A DNA stretch of 64,000 bases from Octopus sinensis (GCF_006345805.1 NC_043004.1:66712001-66776000), one strand, 5' to 3'. Positions 1 to 13,898 are shown, counted from the first letter of the stretch. The notes: generated by a model from the sequence alone, not told the origin. A program made the numbers and translations.

Positions 1-493
1 GTCCATTCCTAATAATTGTCAGTTTAGCTAAATATAGTCTACCATAGTCAGAAATCGGTTAAAACTTGGAGAAATAATTAATATTTATTCTATTGCCTAG
101 TTTTTCTTCACTTTAATGTAACACATGCTTGCAAAAATCTATATATAATTCATACATGAATTATTTGGGAAATTATGACAAATTTTTCGAAAAACCCCAC
201 ACAGTGATCGCTGAAAAAAAACCATATCTATCCTTTTCTATTCAATTGCAGTTATGAACATCTTGGTCTTTTGAAAATAATGCATCAAATGCGAATCTGC
301 ATGAAATATCAATGAATGATTTTAAAAAAAATTGTTTTCAAAACAGTCAATATTTTTATAGTTCCAAATTTGCGATTGATGACATAACATGTCCTTTAGA
401 ATTAGCCAGAGCTAATATTGGATAAACTTTAAACTACTAAATATTGTTAAAATTACCTCTGCAAAAACAATGTACATAAGCAATTCATTTTAA

Positions 494-914
494 TTCCTTT
501 ATTGCCCACAAGGGGCTAAACATAGAGAGGACAAACAATGATAGACAAAGTGATTAAGTCAATTACATCGACCCCAGTGCGTAACTGGTACTTATTTTAT
601 CGACCCCGAAAGGATGAAAGACAAATTCGACCTCACCGGAATTTGAACTCAGAACGTAGCGGCAGATGAGATATCTATTCTTTACTACCCACAAGGGGCT
701 AAAGGAGCTAAACATAGAGAGGACAACCAAGGACAGACAAACGGATTAAGTCGATTATATCGACTCCAGTGAGTAACTGGTACTTATTTAATCGACCTCG
801 AAAGGTTGAAAGGCAAAGTCGACCTCAGCCGAATTTGAACTCAGAACGTAACGGCAGAAAAAATAGCGCTAAGCATTTCGCCCGGCGTGCTAACGTTTCA
901 GCCAGCTCGCCGCC
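494..914 (-). mobile_element. tRNA-derived SINE family A; one full copy (about 676-914) plus a duplicated 3' half (494-668)
   Basis: Reverse complement reads GGCGGCGAGCTGGC...ACGTTAGCACGCCGGGCGAAATGC...CTGAGTTCAAATTC...GAGGTCGACTTTGCCTTTCA...GTCGATTAAATAAGTACCAGTTAC; the same sequence recurs at 43545, 51646, 54700 and 59683. Confidence 0.85.
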
Positions 915-2010
915 TTAAAGCGACTCATTTTAAATAAAACGAAACACCGCCAATGAGATTGCTTTTAGTAGATCCCCAAATGACGCTCATGGCAAGCAGT
1001 GGGTTAATTAATAGCGACAGAAGAACTATTAATGACAAATTGTAATAATTATCTCTACTTAATCATAATGCCGTAACCAGTTGTATCAAGCGCTAATCTT
1101 GAAGAAAATAGAAGCTCAAGGAAGGGAGCATGACATGCATTTCTGCTACTTGTGTTCTGTGCGTAATGATTCCTGCAACGACGCGGGTTTCGAACTCCAG
1201 AAAAATTGTCTTCACTTTGCTCAGCACCGCACGTGTGGTGAAAAGGGAAATAGACAAGAAAGTATGGGAAAATCTTGCGTGAACATGGCTACAAATAACA
1301 AATCCTTCTAGGTTTGCTGGGGCCTTAACTGCTGGAGCAGCGAATTCAGATACTAGAGTCGAAAAATAATTTGATAGACTGCATGCCTTTGACGCATCTT
1401 GACTACATTTCAATATTTGAAATTATTAATGAAGTATAAGATAAAAAAAAATTACAATTGTTTATAATATTATGACGCACGATCTCCAGCATATGTAGCA
1501 GCATTTACGTCATGATATTCCGTAAAAAAACTGCAGATGTTGACATAGGTAATAATTCTTGTATCGTAATATTAAATAGTTTTCGAAACGCATAAATTTG
1601 AATATATACATATACATACTTACATACTAACATGCACATACATACGCATATACATATATGTATGTAATATGTATGTATACATAGAATTACATATTACCTC
1701 ATATAAATGCATGTGTATTTGAGCATATGTTGTTTTTCATTTTTGTACATATTTCTAGTGAAAGTGTATTTTATGTGAGCACACACAGACACACACACCA
1801 CACATACGCGCACACAAATACACAAACACATACACACAGAAACACACATACACACAGAACACGCACAAATACATACACATATAATAAATATAAATATTCA
1901 CATACACAATCATAGATCTAGATGTGCTTTCACGAAGCAAGTTCTTGTAAGAGTACAATTATTTTTTTCCTTTTTAATGTACTAAATGCCATTTGTCAGT
2001 AACACACACA

Positions 2011-2045
<35 letters not shown>

Positions 2046-2799
2046 TCTTTCCCACTGTCTGCGTGTATGTGTGTCTGTCTGCCTATCTCTCTCTCTTTCT
2101 CAATCAGAGTGTTTGTCTCTCTTTCTCAATCAGAGTGTTTGTCTCTCTTTCTCACACACACACACACAATCTCCTCTTCCTCTCTGATTCTCTTCTTTCT
2201 TTATCATTCACTATTTCTCACACGCTCTCTTCCACTGTCTCCCACATTCTCTAGATTTGTTTGTTTGTGTGTGTCCACCACATAAAGAAACTAGTTGAAA
2301 TTAAAACCTGATATATAGGAAAAGAAAATATATTTTCTACGGAATTACGTTGTAAAATATTTCATAAAAATATATTTCATATACTGTAAAGTAAGACAGC
2401 CAGTCGGCTAATCAATTACATTATTTTCTATCTCCCCAAAGGCCACTCAATTTGGATTTTATTGTATCCCAGCAATAGTGTTCATTATGAAATTTGCCAA
2501 AGGATTTTCACTCAGTTAACGAAGTATATTTTTTAGGCAACAATATCACATAAAACAATGACTTGTATTTTAGTTCGAATTGTAATTTTATTTTTGGTTT
2601 TTGTTTTTTCATTTTACACCACCATATTGGTGTAAACACGAGATGTGAATTTAACTGCAAGAAATAAGAAATTTAACATGTTGTACTATCGTACATATTT
2701 ATTCAACTGAAAATATTCTGATCTACAATATTCCAAGTACATGTAAAAAGATTCGATATATCAATCATACTAATTGTTGGAGGGATATGCAACTGGAAC

Positions 2800-4630
2800 A
2801 ACAACAACAATTCCATACTTAGCCACAAGGGCTCACATAAAATAGTATTAAATGACATACAGCAACATACAAGACAAAAACGGGACAGTACAATGGGTTT
2901 TATACCAAGTAAACAATATAAATAACAAAGTTAAACAAATTAAAACTCTCAACAAGGAAGGCGCTTTAACGTCCTCGTAGAAAACCCCACAAAAGCCACG
3001 CGTGACTTGACCATCAGAGCAAGAGCCTTTCTCTTTTAATTCCTTTTTTTTTACAGGTGCCCGCTCAGAATTGGTCCTTTCACACTGGCCATTATTCCAA
3101 CATTCACCCACTTTTAAACAAACTTGCTACAAGGCAACACTTCCCTCTCCACCCTCAACTACCGTTTCAAGTGAAACTTGAAAAAGTTGATGAAGGCTTC
3201 ACCAAAGAGGAAAGTGTCTTCTCTAACCCTTTCAGGCGAGTCCACCACGCCACCTCTTTCGCTACAGCCACTAGACAAATAAAAATTGCCTGCCCCAACC
3301 CGGCCATCTTCATAATGGATTTAGCTGATAACTGCATCTGTCCTACAGGTGACAGCAGATGTTCGACATAAACTCACAAGCCTGCAAAACTCGGGGACTG
3401 GACTAGGGCGTGCAGAACAGCTTCCCTGTTCTTGGCGCACTTCAGGAAGGACCGGCTGACGGCACATCCGTGCTTGTTTATCCCGAACAGGCAGGTCGCC
3501 TCAGTAGCACTGATAGGCAAGGGATTTCTGGAAGTTATCCATATGCACAGGCCCGAAAGTTCTCCGAAGCAAACCAGTTAGTTGATCTTCATCGACGCCC
3601 AGATTTTCCCCGAGAACGCTAGAGTTGAACTACCACCGACCGCATTGCTCTCCTGGCGGAGGTCTGTGAGCGCTGGACGGTACTCTACTTGGCAAGCATA
3701 CCTCGTCGGTTTACGCCTAATCCAGGATTGCAGCTCTGTCACAGAGACGAGCCGTGGAAATGTATGTCTAACATACGGTGACCTGACCTGCTCACTGTCA
3801 AGGAAAAGCTGGAGCTGCCGCAAACTGAGTCCATGTCTGCACATCAATAACCACAGCATACCTAGCTCTCCATTCAGCGGCTGTTGACAGTATATAAAGC
3901 GCCTGACCAATGGAATGCGCCCCTTCCATAGAAAGCGGAAGCGTATGCGCACCAGTTTGGTCAAGCAGCAAACGGGGCAAGGGACGACAGCCAAGCGGTA
4001 ATAGATGGCGGACACGATGTACGTATTCGCCATCTCCGTTCGACGTTTCAGGGACAGCTACCCCTCAGCCCATTTCTGGGTGAGATTGGCTACTCTGCTC
4101 GTCATCTCTTCCCAGTTTTTCTCAACCTGGAGGTCTAGATCAAACCAGACTCCGAGCAACTTAAAGAGACCTTCTGTCCAGCGCCCCACAACGCTGTTGG
4201 ACAGCATGGACTTGCCTCTCCTGGTGCCGAGTTGCAAGCTCAGTGACTTTTCCGTGTTAATTTTTGCTCCTGTCACCTCTTCATATTCTTGTAGTGTGTC
4301 GCCAATCAGGTCTATATGCCTGTGGCTCGACACTATGACGGTGACAACATCAGCTTAAGCAGACACACTTCCTCCACATCTTAGATCACGCGAGACACCC
4401 CTCAAAATCTCCAACTTCCGCAGTAATGGCTCAAGAGTCAATATATACAGAAGGGAGGAGAGAGGATAATACTCTTGATGGACCGAACGCAAGATGCTGA
4501 CTGCCTCCGACAGATGTGGATTCACCCGAACAACTGAGCAGATACCATTGTACAAAACAGCGATCCAACCGCGGAAAACTGGACCGAGACCGGCTGCCTT
4601 GAGAAAAGCCGCCAAGTATTGATAGCCGAC
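2800..4630 (-). mobile_element. Tx1/L1-clade non-LTR retrotransposon, degenerate 3' part of ORF2 (RT and C-terminus) plus 3' UTR
   Basis: ORFs 4355-4615 (SVHQEYYPLSSLLYILTLEPLLRKL, resembling SVRQGCPLSPLLY), 4058-4333 (VTGAKINTEKS...KLLGVWF) and 3578-4033 (IYYRL...FRFLWKGRIPLVRR...GELG). The YADD site is decayed (SA*ADVV). Confidence 0.85.
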
Positions 4631-4639
4631 CCTACAACG

Positions 4640-4880
4640 GCTTTAGATTCCACAAACGTAGCATCTCGACCTCCTGCCCACCACAGCTATTGTGAAGTGC
4701 CGTGCTGTCTGGTAAGTTTATGGAGTTAGGGCTAGAACTTAGGATCCCTTTTTTCAATTTGAACAAGGATCTCCAACCCCTGACCCGTCCAATTTTGTTG
4801 GTGCAATTTATGCACATCCTGTATTGTGGCAGTATCCTCTATATCAAATAGGATAGCCACCACTAGCCGACATATATTTA
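4640..4880 (-). mobile_element. Tx1-like ORF1 (gag-like) fragment
   Basis: Minus strand reads LVVAILFDIEDTATIQDV...NWTGQGLEILVQ and GRRSRCYVCG (start of a zinc knuckle); resembles WIVATLLYKREDKIQLIEIV in ORF 53673-53894. Confidence 0.5.
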
Positions 4881-5330
4881 TTTCCTGGGAAGCGGTGATC
4901 AGGCTTTCAGTTCTCTTATGAAGCTCACCTTTACTGAGTCACATCCATGAGGCTTCCTGGTTTTTGAATATGTAATTCCGCGTGGAGCTGAGTTTCTAAT
5001 CTCTCGTTCGTTATTCGTGATCGGAATTCGTTAGAAACTCTCAACTCTATTGCAGTTAAATCCTTCTGCTTTAGCAGCATAGTGTAGCAGCTCCTGTTCG
5101 ATGTTTACCAAATACTCTGTCAAGTTTCGTTTTTCAGTCCCGTACGCTTAACGGGCCAGGTTTACCTTTGCCCCTCATCATGTACAACCTGTGTACAATC
5201 GTGATTGGGTGGAGCACACCATGCGTTTCCATAATCTTTCGAGTAGTGCGATCGAGTTGGTCAATTTCAGAGAGTGTAATAGAGCGAACTAAAGCGACAG
5301 CTGTATTCATGTGGATTCAGCTGGGGCGAA
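4880..5330 (-). mobile_element. R4/Dong-like non-LTR RT C-terminal fragment
   Basis: Minus strand reads HMNTAVALVRSITLSEIDQLDRTTRKIMETHGVLHPITIVHRLYMMRGKG and HKRTESLITASQE; parallels LINIDRKTRKIMT and AETEGFLIAAQDQ in the 18806-20215 element. Confidence 0.65.
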
Positions 5331-5919
5331 AATTACCGTTTTCAAAAATATGGCTCTTTTACAACGCATGACGTCGTATATAAATTAAACAAATTAGAAA
5401 TCATAGTTTGGCAGGAGAAACCTTACTCTTAAGAACGCAAATATTGGCTGCGACAGGTGATGATGAATTGAAAATCGGGAGCCTTCCATTAGATATTTTA
5501 TTTCATGGTTGCTATCATGAAGACACCGCTCTCATCCACGCAAAAGAGACTGACATCAACATAGTACATACTCTTTCTTCGAATTACCTGTGCCTCTTTC
5601 TCTTTTTGGAACGCTCTGATATTTTCTCATTGATTAACTTGATTTCCGAATATTTCAAAAATTTAATTCGATATTTTCTAACATATATCACGTGAGTCAG
5701 AAACATATTTCCAATTAAAACCCAATATTAAAATGTTGATGTCTATTACTATTCAAATATGGATATGCACTTGGCAAATCATTATTAAAATTATTATTTT
5801 GTAATTAGTAAATATAATTAGTAAATAAATTAAAATTCATTTTTCCCTTTCAAAAATCAAATACAGAAATATCACAAATATCACATATATGCATGTATAT
5901 ATATATATATATAATATAT

Positions 5920-5963
<44 letters not shown>

Positions 5964-6599
5964 AACAAACAAACATGCACATATGTTTATACATATCTAT
6001 GGGGTTAGAAACGAAATGAATTCCAATGAGTCTCCGCAATACTAGAAACAACGCATAATATAAATATAAAAATAATTAGTATAAATGAACTAATATATAT
6101 ATTGATATGGCAATAATCAAATTAACATAATTCTACTCACTAATGACACATAACTTATTAAACTTAATGATATTCTAACCTCATAAGAAATGCTGTGAGC
6201 CACCGTCCGAACAGATCCTTCAATAAACCATTCAGTTTCAAACAATCAGACGCTAGTAAATGAAAGCATAATAAACATCCAAGGTAATTAAGAAGAATTT
6301 CGAGAAATTCAGAGTATTCGACAATATTTATGTGTGTTTGTGTGTGTTAGAGCGCGTATGAGTTTGTATGTATGTATAATTAAATACATACATATTCTTT
6401 TATGCTTTTATGCATTTCACCCCCACAACTGTGTCCATGCTGGAAAACACCAGTGTTGTCAACTTTCCATTGGCCTTTCTTATCTTATTGTCTTTTCGTA
6501 AAGGAATGAGTTCAGTGTTGCTTACATCTTTCGAGTTTCTGGATATGATCTTGGTTCATCTTGCACCATGCACAGCAGAAAAATGTCTAGTAGCTTCTT

Positions 6600-7298
6600 G
6601 AGATTTTGCACCCTTGCTCCACGTAGTTTCCTCCGATGTTTTAGCAAGACATTATCTGTGGGTACTCACTCCAGACGAGATAGATAGGAGATTTGGAACA
6701 GTACAGTGACGTCCAGTAACTCGTTATGCCAAAGTTTGGTGCAAACGCATCTATGACCTTCCATGAGGATATCTCTCGCTTATCCCTCCCATTTTCCCTC
6801 TAGGAAATGTAATCTTTCGCAGTTGCTCGGCCTTTTTCAATTGATGCAAACTTCAAGCTTTAGTACTGCTTAACTGCCACCAGTCCCAGTATTAACTTGA
6901 CACTGTAGCAAACACACTTGAAACCAGAAGGCAAATATCCTTAGAACTACCATAAATTTTTGGTCCAACGTTCTGAAACTTCTTAAGCCATCCGCCCATT
7001 CGCGTGCACATTGCCACCATCTTGGTGATATCTACATTAAAATAGGAGTTGTGGCTAATATCAATCCCCAGATCACGTAGTGTACTTGACTCTGGGACTC
7101 TCGATATTTGGGACAGAAAACAACTTTGTTGTGGCATGTTTGTGCCCCGTGACTGATAGTGCTTGACGTTTTCCTGCATGAAATTGCACGTCGTTTTCTT
7201 TAGCCCGTTTAGATATGATATCTAGGTCTTTCTTTTCTTGAGATTAGCATCAAAAGGTACCTTCCTTCTTTTTAATACTTTCGTGTCGCCGGCATAAA
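6600..7298 (-). mobile_element. CR1/L2-group LINE RT fragment
   Basis: YAGDTKVL (decayed YADDTK) at about 7279-7298; ORF 6892-7179 has LRDLGIDIS...ITKMVAMCTRMGGWL. Confidence 0.7.
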
Positions 7299-7620
7299 TA
7301 GGAGGGTGAGTCAAAAAGTAATGCCATTTTGTTTAGGACAGGTATAATTGCCAACACAAGAAAATGTATCATATATCAAAATGAAGCAGGTCCTCTATGG
7401 ATCACATCCATACTTCTCAACATAGTCACCGTTTCTCTCAAAAGTATTGTTCCAACTTCGAATGAGAGCATGTATCCCTACCCCGTAAAATTCTGTTGAC
7501 GGTTCTTTGAGCTTCTTCTTCACTACAGTTTTCAATTCTTTGTCACTGGACTATCAACTCTTCGTCCCCATGAAAGAGGATTTGAGAAGCAAACATTATT
7601 CGAGTGACGAAGAAGTGGCT
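7299..7620. mobile_element. mariner transposase 3' fragment with TIR and internal inversion
   Basis: TIR-like GAGGGTGAGTCAAAAAGTAATGCC; minus strand SSDKELKTVVKKKLKEPSTEFYGVGIHALIRSWNNTFERNGDYVEK; plus strand DYQLFVPMKEDLRSKHYSSDEEV. Confidence 0.7.
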
Positions 7621-7668
7621 CAATGTACGGTCAACAGAATTTGTGCGTGTGAGTATGTATATAATGTG

Positions 7669-7710
<42 letters not shown>

Positions 7711-7714
<4 letters not shown>

Positions 7715-9467
7715 GTTAAATATGAAAAATCAACGAAAATGCATATTGCAAATAAAAAAGGCTATTTATGACCGGTAACGACAAATATATACATTTAGAT
7801 TGACTGAGGTAGTAATAAGAGTCATAAAAGTCATTATTATGAGATGATTAAAAGATGATAATAAACTAAGAGAACGAAGCGAATCATGGTTTACGCAAAG
7901 CTATTCATCGCTTGAAAAAACACCGGCTAATAGACAGTGTCAGGTCTAATAGTTCCTGAGAAAAAATATTATTTGTAAGGGAAGTAAGTAGTTCTGGATT
8001 TAGAGATGTGAGTGGTGTAGGAAGTGTATAGGGGTTAGTGGTTTCAATTGAAGAGTTAGTGGTATTCTGTACTGAGTTGTGTGTTCATATTTAGTTGGGG
8101 GAGAAATTTATCGATGAAAAATGCCTCTTTATTCAGCTTTTGTTGCATTGTGGTGTTCTGTGAATATTGGTAAAAGGGAAAGATTAGGAAATTGGGATTA
8201 AGATTCCTGGCACACCTTTCTATGTGTTCACTTACCTTTAACGGTCTGTATTGTGGGTAGCGGATTTGCTCTTTGTGAGTGGTGATTCTTTGACAGAGCG
8301 AAATTCCTGTTTGTCCAATATAGATTTTACCACATTCTATGCATGTCATGACATAGATTACATTTACTGAGGCGCAGGTAAAATTTGATTTGATCTTAAA
8401 TATTTCTCCTTGTTTGAATTGGAATTCTGAACCCTCCAGAAGGTGGAGGCATGTTCCACAGTTAGAACGTCCACATTATTTCACTTTTGGATACAGTCTA
8501 GCGCTGGTCAATATCTTTTTCAGTGACTTCGGTTGCTTTTTGCTTTTTATAATTTTATATGAGCTTAAAATTTCGTTCATTGTTTTCTATGTGGTTGTTA
8601 ACTATTCTAATTAAGATGTCTAGAAAAGGGAGTTGCTTAATGTTGTGTTCCATAATGAATTGTATATTGCTGTGTATGTTGTTGAGCATTCTTTTGAAAT
8701 CAAGGAGTTGATCCATGCTGCCTTACCAAAGAATGAAGCAATCATCTAAATATCTCTTCCAGTTCTCCTTTAAGTAGCAATTAAAAGAGGCGCCATATTT
8801 TTCTAGCGATGATTGGTATAACTTGAGTTCGAGGTAACCCATTACGAGGTTTGCAATCACTGGAGCAGCTCTGGTTCCCATTGCAATTCCGCATTTTTGT
8901 TGATAGTAAGTAGTATTGAACAAGAAATGATTGTTCAGCAGGATGAATTTCAGTGCTTCCATTATAAAATTGTGGTTTATTCGTCCTGAGATCGCTTCTG
9001 GGTATTTTTCTAGCCAAAATGTGATTGCTTCTATACCATAGTCGTGTGAATATTGGTGTATAGATTCACCACATCGAAAGATACCAGTAGTGTTCGGTCC
9101 TTTACTGTCTTCGGCAGGTGGTTCAGCATGTTTAGGTCATCCCTGATAAAGCTTTTCGCATATTTTAAAAGAGGTTTTAGTAATATGTCTAGGAAGTTGC
9201 TCAAACGGTGGGTTTCACAAGAAGGGCCAGCTATGAAGGGTCTCAGTTTGATGTCAGTAGGGAGAGGGACATTAATGCATAGGCCTGTAGAGACTTTGCA
9301 GGTTTCACAAATGAGTGGATTTTTATGTATTTTGGGTAATCCGTAGAATAGACTAGGACTGTATTTGAAATTGGATAAATAGTCTATTTCATGTGGTCTT
9401 ACCTGTCATAAATAGCCATTTTTTATTTGCAATGTGCATTTTCGTTGATTTTTCATATTTTACCCTT
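7711..9467 (-). mobile_element. Penelope-like element (Neptune-type): RT plus C-terminal GIY-YIG endonuclease, 5'-truncated, about 68-bp inverted termini
   Basis: RT motifs FYGLPKIHK, LRPFIAGPSC, SFDVVNLY, GIAMGTRAAPVIANL, WKRYLDDCF, LPFLDIL; linker CGRSNCGTC; VIYVMTCIECGKIYIGQTG...R...H...H. 7711-7778 is the inverse of 9399-9467. Confidence 0.9.
7877..7913 (-). ncRNA. degenerate type-I hammerhead ribozyme in the PLE 3' region
   Basis: AAGCG-ATGAA-TAGCTTTGCGT-AAAC-CATG-AT-T-CGCTT: stem I AAGCG/CGCTT and palindromic CATG loop; the CUG and G12 core bases are lost. Confidence 0.35.
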
Positions 9468-9511
9468 ACATTTCCACGTGTATTTTATATTTTCGTTTTG
9501 TAACATATTTC

Positions 9512-9546
<35 letters not shown>

Positions 9547-10112
9547 CAGCAAGCACAATTCGTGTTACAGCCACTTCAATTGTTTTCGAAGCCGTCAATA
9601 TTTGCGAAAGCGATGCTACGGACTGGTCACAGTCTAATGACTAATGCAAGAGAAATTTATGAAGTAAAGCAAAACAATAAAAGAATAGCAATCTATTCCT
9701 ATATTATGTGTATTTGTGCGCATGCGTGTATGACTATTAAATATTAGTGTGATATCATATCTCCCGAGGCAGTATAACGATATATGAAATCGTACTTTTT
9801 ATTAGTTCCATTCGTTCAAACAACCTTAGGCACAAGGCTTTGATGTATTTTTCAGAAATTAATTTAGCATTATTAGGTTTGCTTGTTCAATTAACATTGT
9901 CTTTCACACATCAAATGTTTACATTTGACAACATTGTCTGATATTATTAGTGGAAGTTAAATAGTGTAATTCGTTAGAAAGCTGAAATATCATATCACAC
10001 GCAATCACATACATATATTCCTCCATCCCCCACATGATCAAAAGAACATACACACACCCACACTTACAAATATATATGTAACGCTGTACACACACACGCG
10101 TATCAGTATATG

Positions 10113-10185
<73 letters not shown>

Positions 10186-10353
10186 GTGCGTGTGTGTGTG
10201 TGTGTGTGTGTGAGTGTGCGTGTGTGTGTGTATGTTTGTATGTATGTGTATACACACATACACATATACATATATATGTGTGTATATATAATTATGTCTA
10301 TTTATATTTATATGTAAACAAATTGATAAAAATGTATATATTTTCAGTTATAT

Positions 10354-10432
<79 letters not shown>

Positions 10433-10492
10433 CATATAGATGCATGTATATGTATATACAGATATCTATATATATATATAATATATACATAT

Positions 10493-10526
<34 letters not shown>

Positions 10527-11134
10527 GTGTATATATATCTATACATGCACACACACACATGTACATATATATGGAGATGCACATTGTGCTTTTATTTCCA
10601 CGAATCTCCATAGATAATAATCAATGCAAAACGCGAGTGTTATTTGGATAAAGATATTGAGAATATATCATGGACAACGTTTATGTCTTGAATAATCGAA
10701 TAATGAATAGTGTCGTATGTATGCATGATGATATCGATTTGTTTAATAATAACTTCTCTTAAGCAAAAGTAACAAATATTTAAAAGGAAAACAAATAAAT
10801 ATTTACCTACGCTGACAAAGTTGTATAGCGTCTATGATATATATACAAGCTGGTAATAAATTGTCTGCAGCGAGAAGCTATTAAATAGAATCTCAATGGA
10901 GACATTATTGTAATTATAGAAATGACACCATTGGAAAAGGTGTGAAAATCCCTTTGATTTTGCAAACATATATCAATATAAATACGTATAAACACAGAAG
11001 CTCACACATAGAGATGCTTCACATACACTCTATCTTTGTCTCTGACTCTCGGTGGATATATATGCGTATATATATATATATATATACATATACTTATATA
11101 TATATATGTATATATATACATTTGTATATATACA

Positions 11135-11176
<42 letters not shown>

Positions 11177-11318
11177 CATGTACATACATAAATATACATA
11201 CAGACATACACACATATATATATGTATATTTAAATATGGATGCGGCTATGTGCATGAATGTATGGATGTATGTATATGTATGTCTGCCTGTCTGTAGGTA
11301 TGTATATATGTATGTATG

Positions 11319-11350
<32 letters not shown>

Positions 11351-11471
11351 CATTTCATTGATATACACCTATGTATATACTTTTATGATTAATTTCTCCT
11401 GCAACTAGATATATGTATATACATACATTCACATACACACACACACAAACATACATACATACATGCATGCG

Positions 11472-11502
<31 letters not shown>

Positions 11503-11557
11503 ATATAAATACATATATATGCAAGTGTATATGTATATAATTATACAAGCATATACA

Positions 11558-11595
<38 letters not shown>

Positions 11596-12634
11596 TGTAT
11601 ATATAGTTATACGCAGGCATACATACATTCTCAAACACACACACACATGTAGATTTCTGCGTTGTGCCTTGTGTAAACGTTTGCGTGTTTACAATAACAA
11701 CGAAATCACTTTGTCTGAAAACAACTTACTTTCTCGGTATTACTACATTTGTATACTTTACATTAAAAGCTTTGACAGCAATATGATTCTCTTGTTGAGT
11801 GTTGTATAGATATCTAAACATATATTTAAGATGCATTTTTATGTTTTCAATATATGAGATATAGACCATATAATTCACTATATGCTTTCGAGGGTGTGTA
11901 TGTAGACACACCGTGATATTTGTTTCATTATCAAAGCGGAGTGGGGATGAAGAAGCACCGAGCTGGCGGAAATGTTTACACATCGGAAATAATGTTTAGC
12001 GGTATTTCGTCAATCTGTACGTTGTGAGTTCAAATTCCGTTGAGGTCGACTTTGTTTCAGCGCTTTGGGTCGTTTTAGTAACAATCTTGACTGCGGTCGT
12101 TGTAAGCAACACTCCAATCCCCAGAACATCCAGGTCTCTTGTCTATGGTACAAAGAAATGTCAATGCGCGTCGGTGTAGAGGCGATAAGCTGGTAGAACC
12201 GTTGACAAGTCGAACAAATGCTTAGCGGCATTTCATCATGCTCTACATTCAGAATTGAGACTACGCTAATTTCGAGCTAAGATTCCATTCTCTCCTGGTC
12301 GATAAAATATAAATCCATACTGAGCAATCGAATATACCCTTCCCCACTAATTTCATATGCTTATATTAGAAGACATTACCAAATCGAGAGAAGTTGTAAT
12401 TTCTTCAAATGAATACAAGCAAAACAGCATGTGCTGGCTACTTTGAAATGTATCATATGTTATAATTTATAAACTTCTACTAGCTTTAATTCACTTATAC
12501 TTTTAAAAATTGATTATGTTATACGCGTGGTAACATTTTATATAACAAATCAAAGCAAAGGTGCCCAAAATAATGTGTGCTTATTACCAAAGCGTTCTTT
12601 GATAAATTACAATTTTATATCCAAATTCGGTGAT

Positions 12635-12866
12635 ATACTCTTTTACATGTTTCAGTCATTTGACTGCGGCCATGCTGGAGCACCACCTTTAATCGAGCAA
12701 CTCGACCCCAGGACTTATTCTTTGTAAGCCCAGTACTTATTCTATCGGTCTCTTTTGCCGAACCGCTAAGTGACGGGGACATAAACACACCAGCATCGGT
12801 TGTCAAGCAATGCTAGGGTGACAAACACAGACACACAACACACACACACATACACACACACACACC

Positions 12867-12958
<92 letters not shown>

Positions 12959-12963
12959 ATATT

Positions 12964-12996
<33 letters not shown>

Positions 12997-13161
12997 AGAC
13001 GGGCTTCTTTCAGTTTCCGTCTACCAAATCCGCTCACAAGGCTTTGGTCGGCCCGAGGCTATAGTAGAAGACACTTGCCCAAGGTGCCACGCAATGGGAC
13101 TGAACCCGGAACCATGTGGTTGATAAGCAAGCTACTTACCACACAGCCACTCCTGCGCTTA
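12635..13161 (-). mobile_element. tRNA-derived SINE family B with internal (CA)n/(TA)n
   Basis: Head GCAGGAGTGGCTGTGTGG (A box)...GGTTCAGTCC (B box)...CCTTGGGCAAGTGTCTT; tail GCGGTTCGGCAAAAGAGACCGATAGAATAAGTAC; many copies in the window. Confidence 0.9.
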
Positions 13162-13898
13162 TGTACATCCAGAAATGATTCCTAGTACCATACTCATGGC
13201 AACAAGCTGGCAGCATCGTTAGCATGACGTGTAAACTACTTAGCGATATTCCATCAATCATTCTGAGTTCAAATTCCGCCGTGGTCCACTTTATCTTCTA
13301 TCCATTACGGTACGATACAATAATATTCAGCTGATCACTCTGGTCGATGTATTCGAGTTAATTACTCCTAAGTACGAGTATAACAATTGTCACCATTTGT
13401 CAAACCATGTCGTGCCAGTGTGCCGACGTAAGCTCATTACACCAGTGTGGTCATAAGCTCAAGTCCATGGTCTCCAAATCAGAACGTGGTTGGTAGAGAG
13501 AAAATGCTGGAGCCTTCTTCCTACAGTGGACTCAACATAGACGTCAAATCCACACACTCGCACACACACATACACACAAACACACACTCTCACACACACA
13601 CACATACACACACACGCACAAATGCAAACACGGTATCTTAAAGATAGTGGTATTTAGATTGATTTGAAATCATTGTATCAGATATTCCTATAGTGTATAT
13701 GCCAATGTACACAGATGACATGCATGTGGGAAGAATGCTGATAAGACATGCAACATGAATGAGGCTCTAACATCATTAATAGAAAAAGTGATGTAGAGCA
13801 ATAAGATGAAATGCAATTACGCTAAGAGAAGGTGCATTTACAAAGCAATGAAAGATTACGTAAATATTGCCTATAAATTTCAATACACACTCACCCCC

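Noticed and set aside
1093-1413. 106-aa minus-strand ORF in complex sequence as a host exon
   Set aside because: No recognisable motif or convincing splice sites; cannot be supported without RNA-seq or homology.
8440-8480. In-frame stop in the PLE linker as selenocysteine recoding
   Set aside because: The stop is TAA rather than TGA, and the element has other lesions; ordinary decay.
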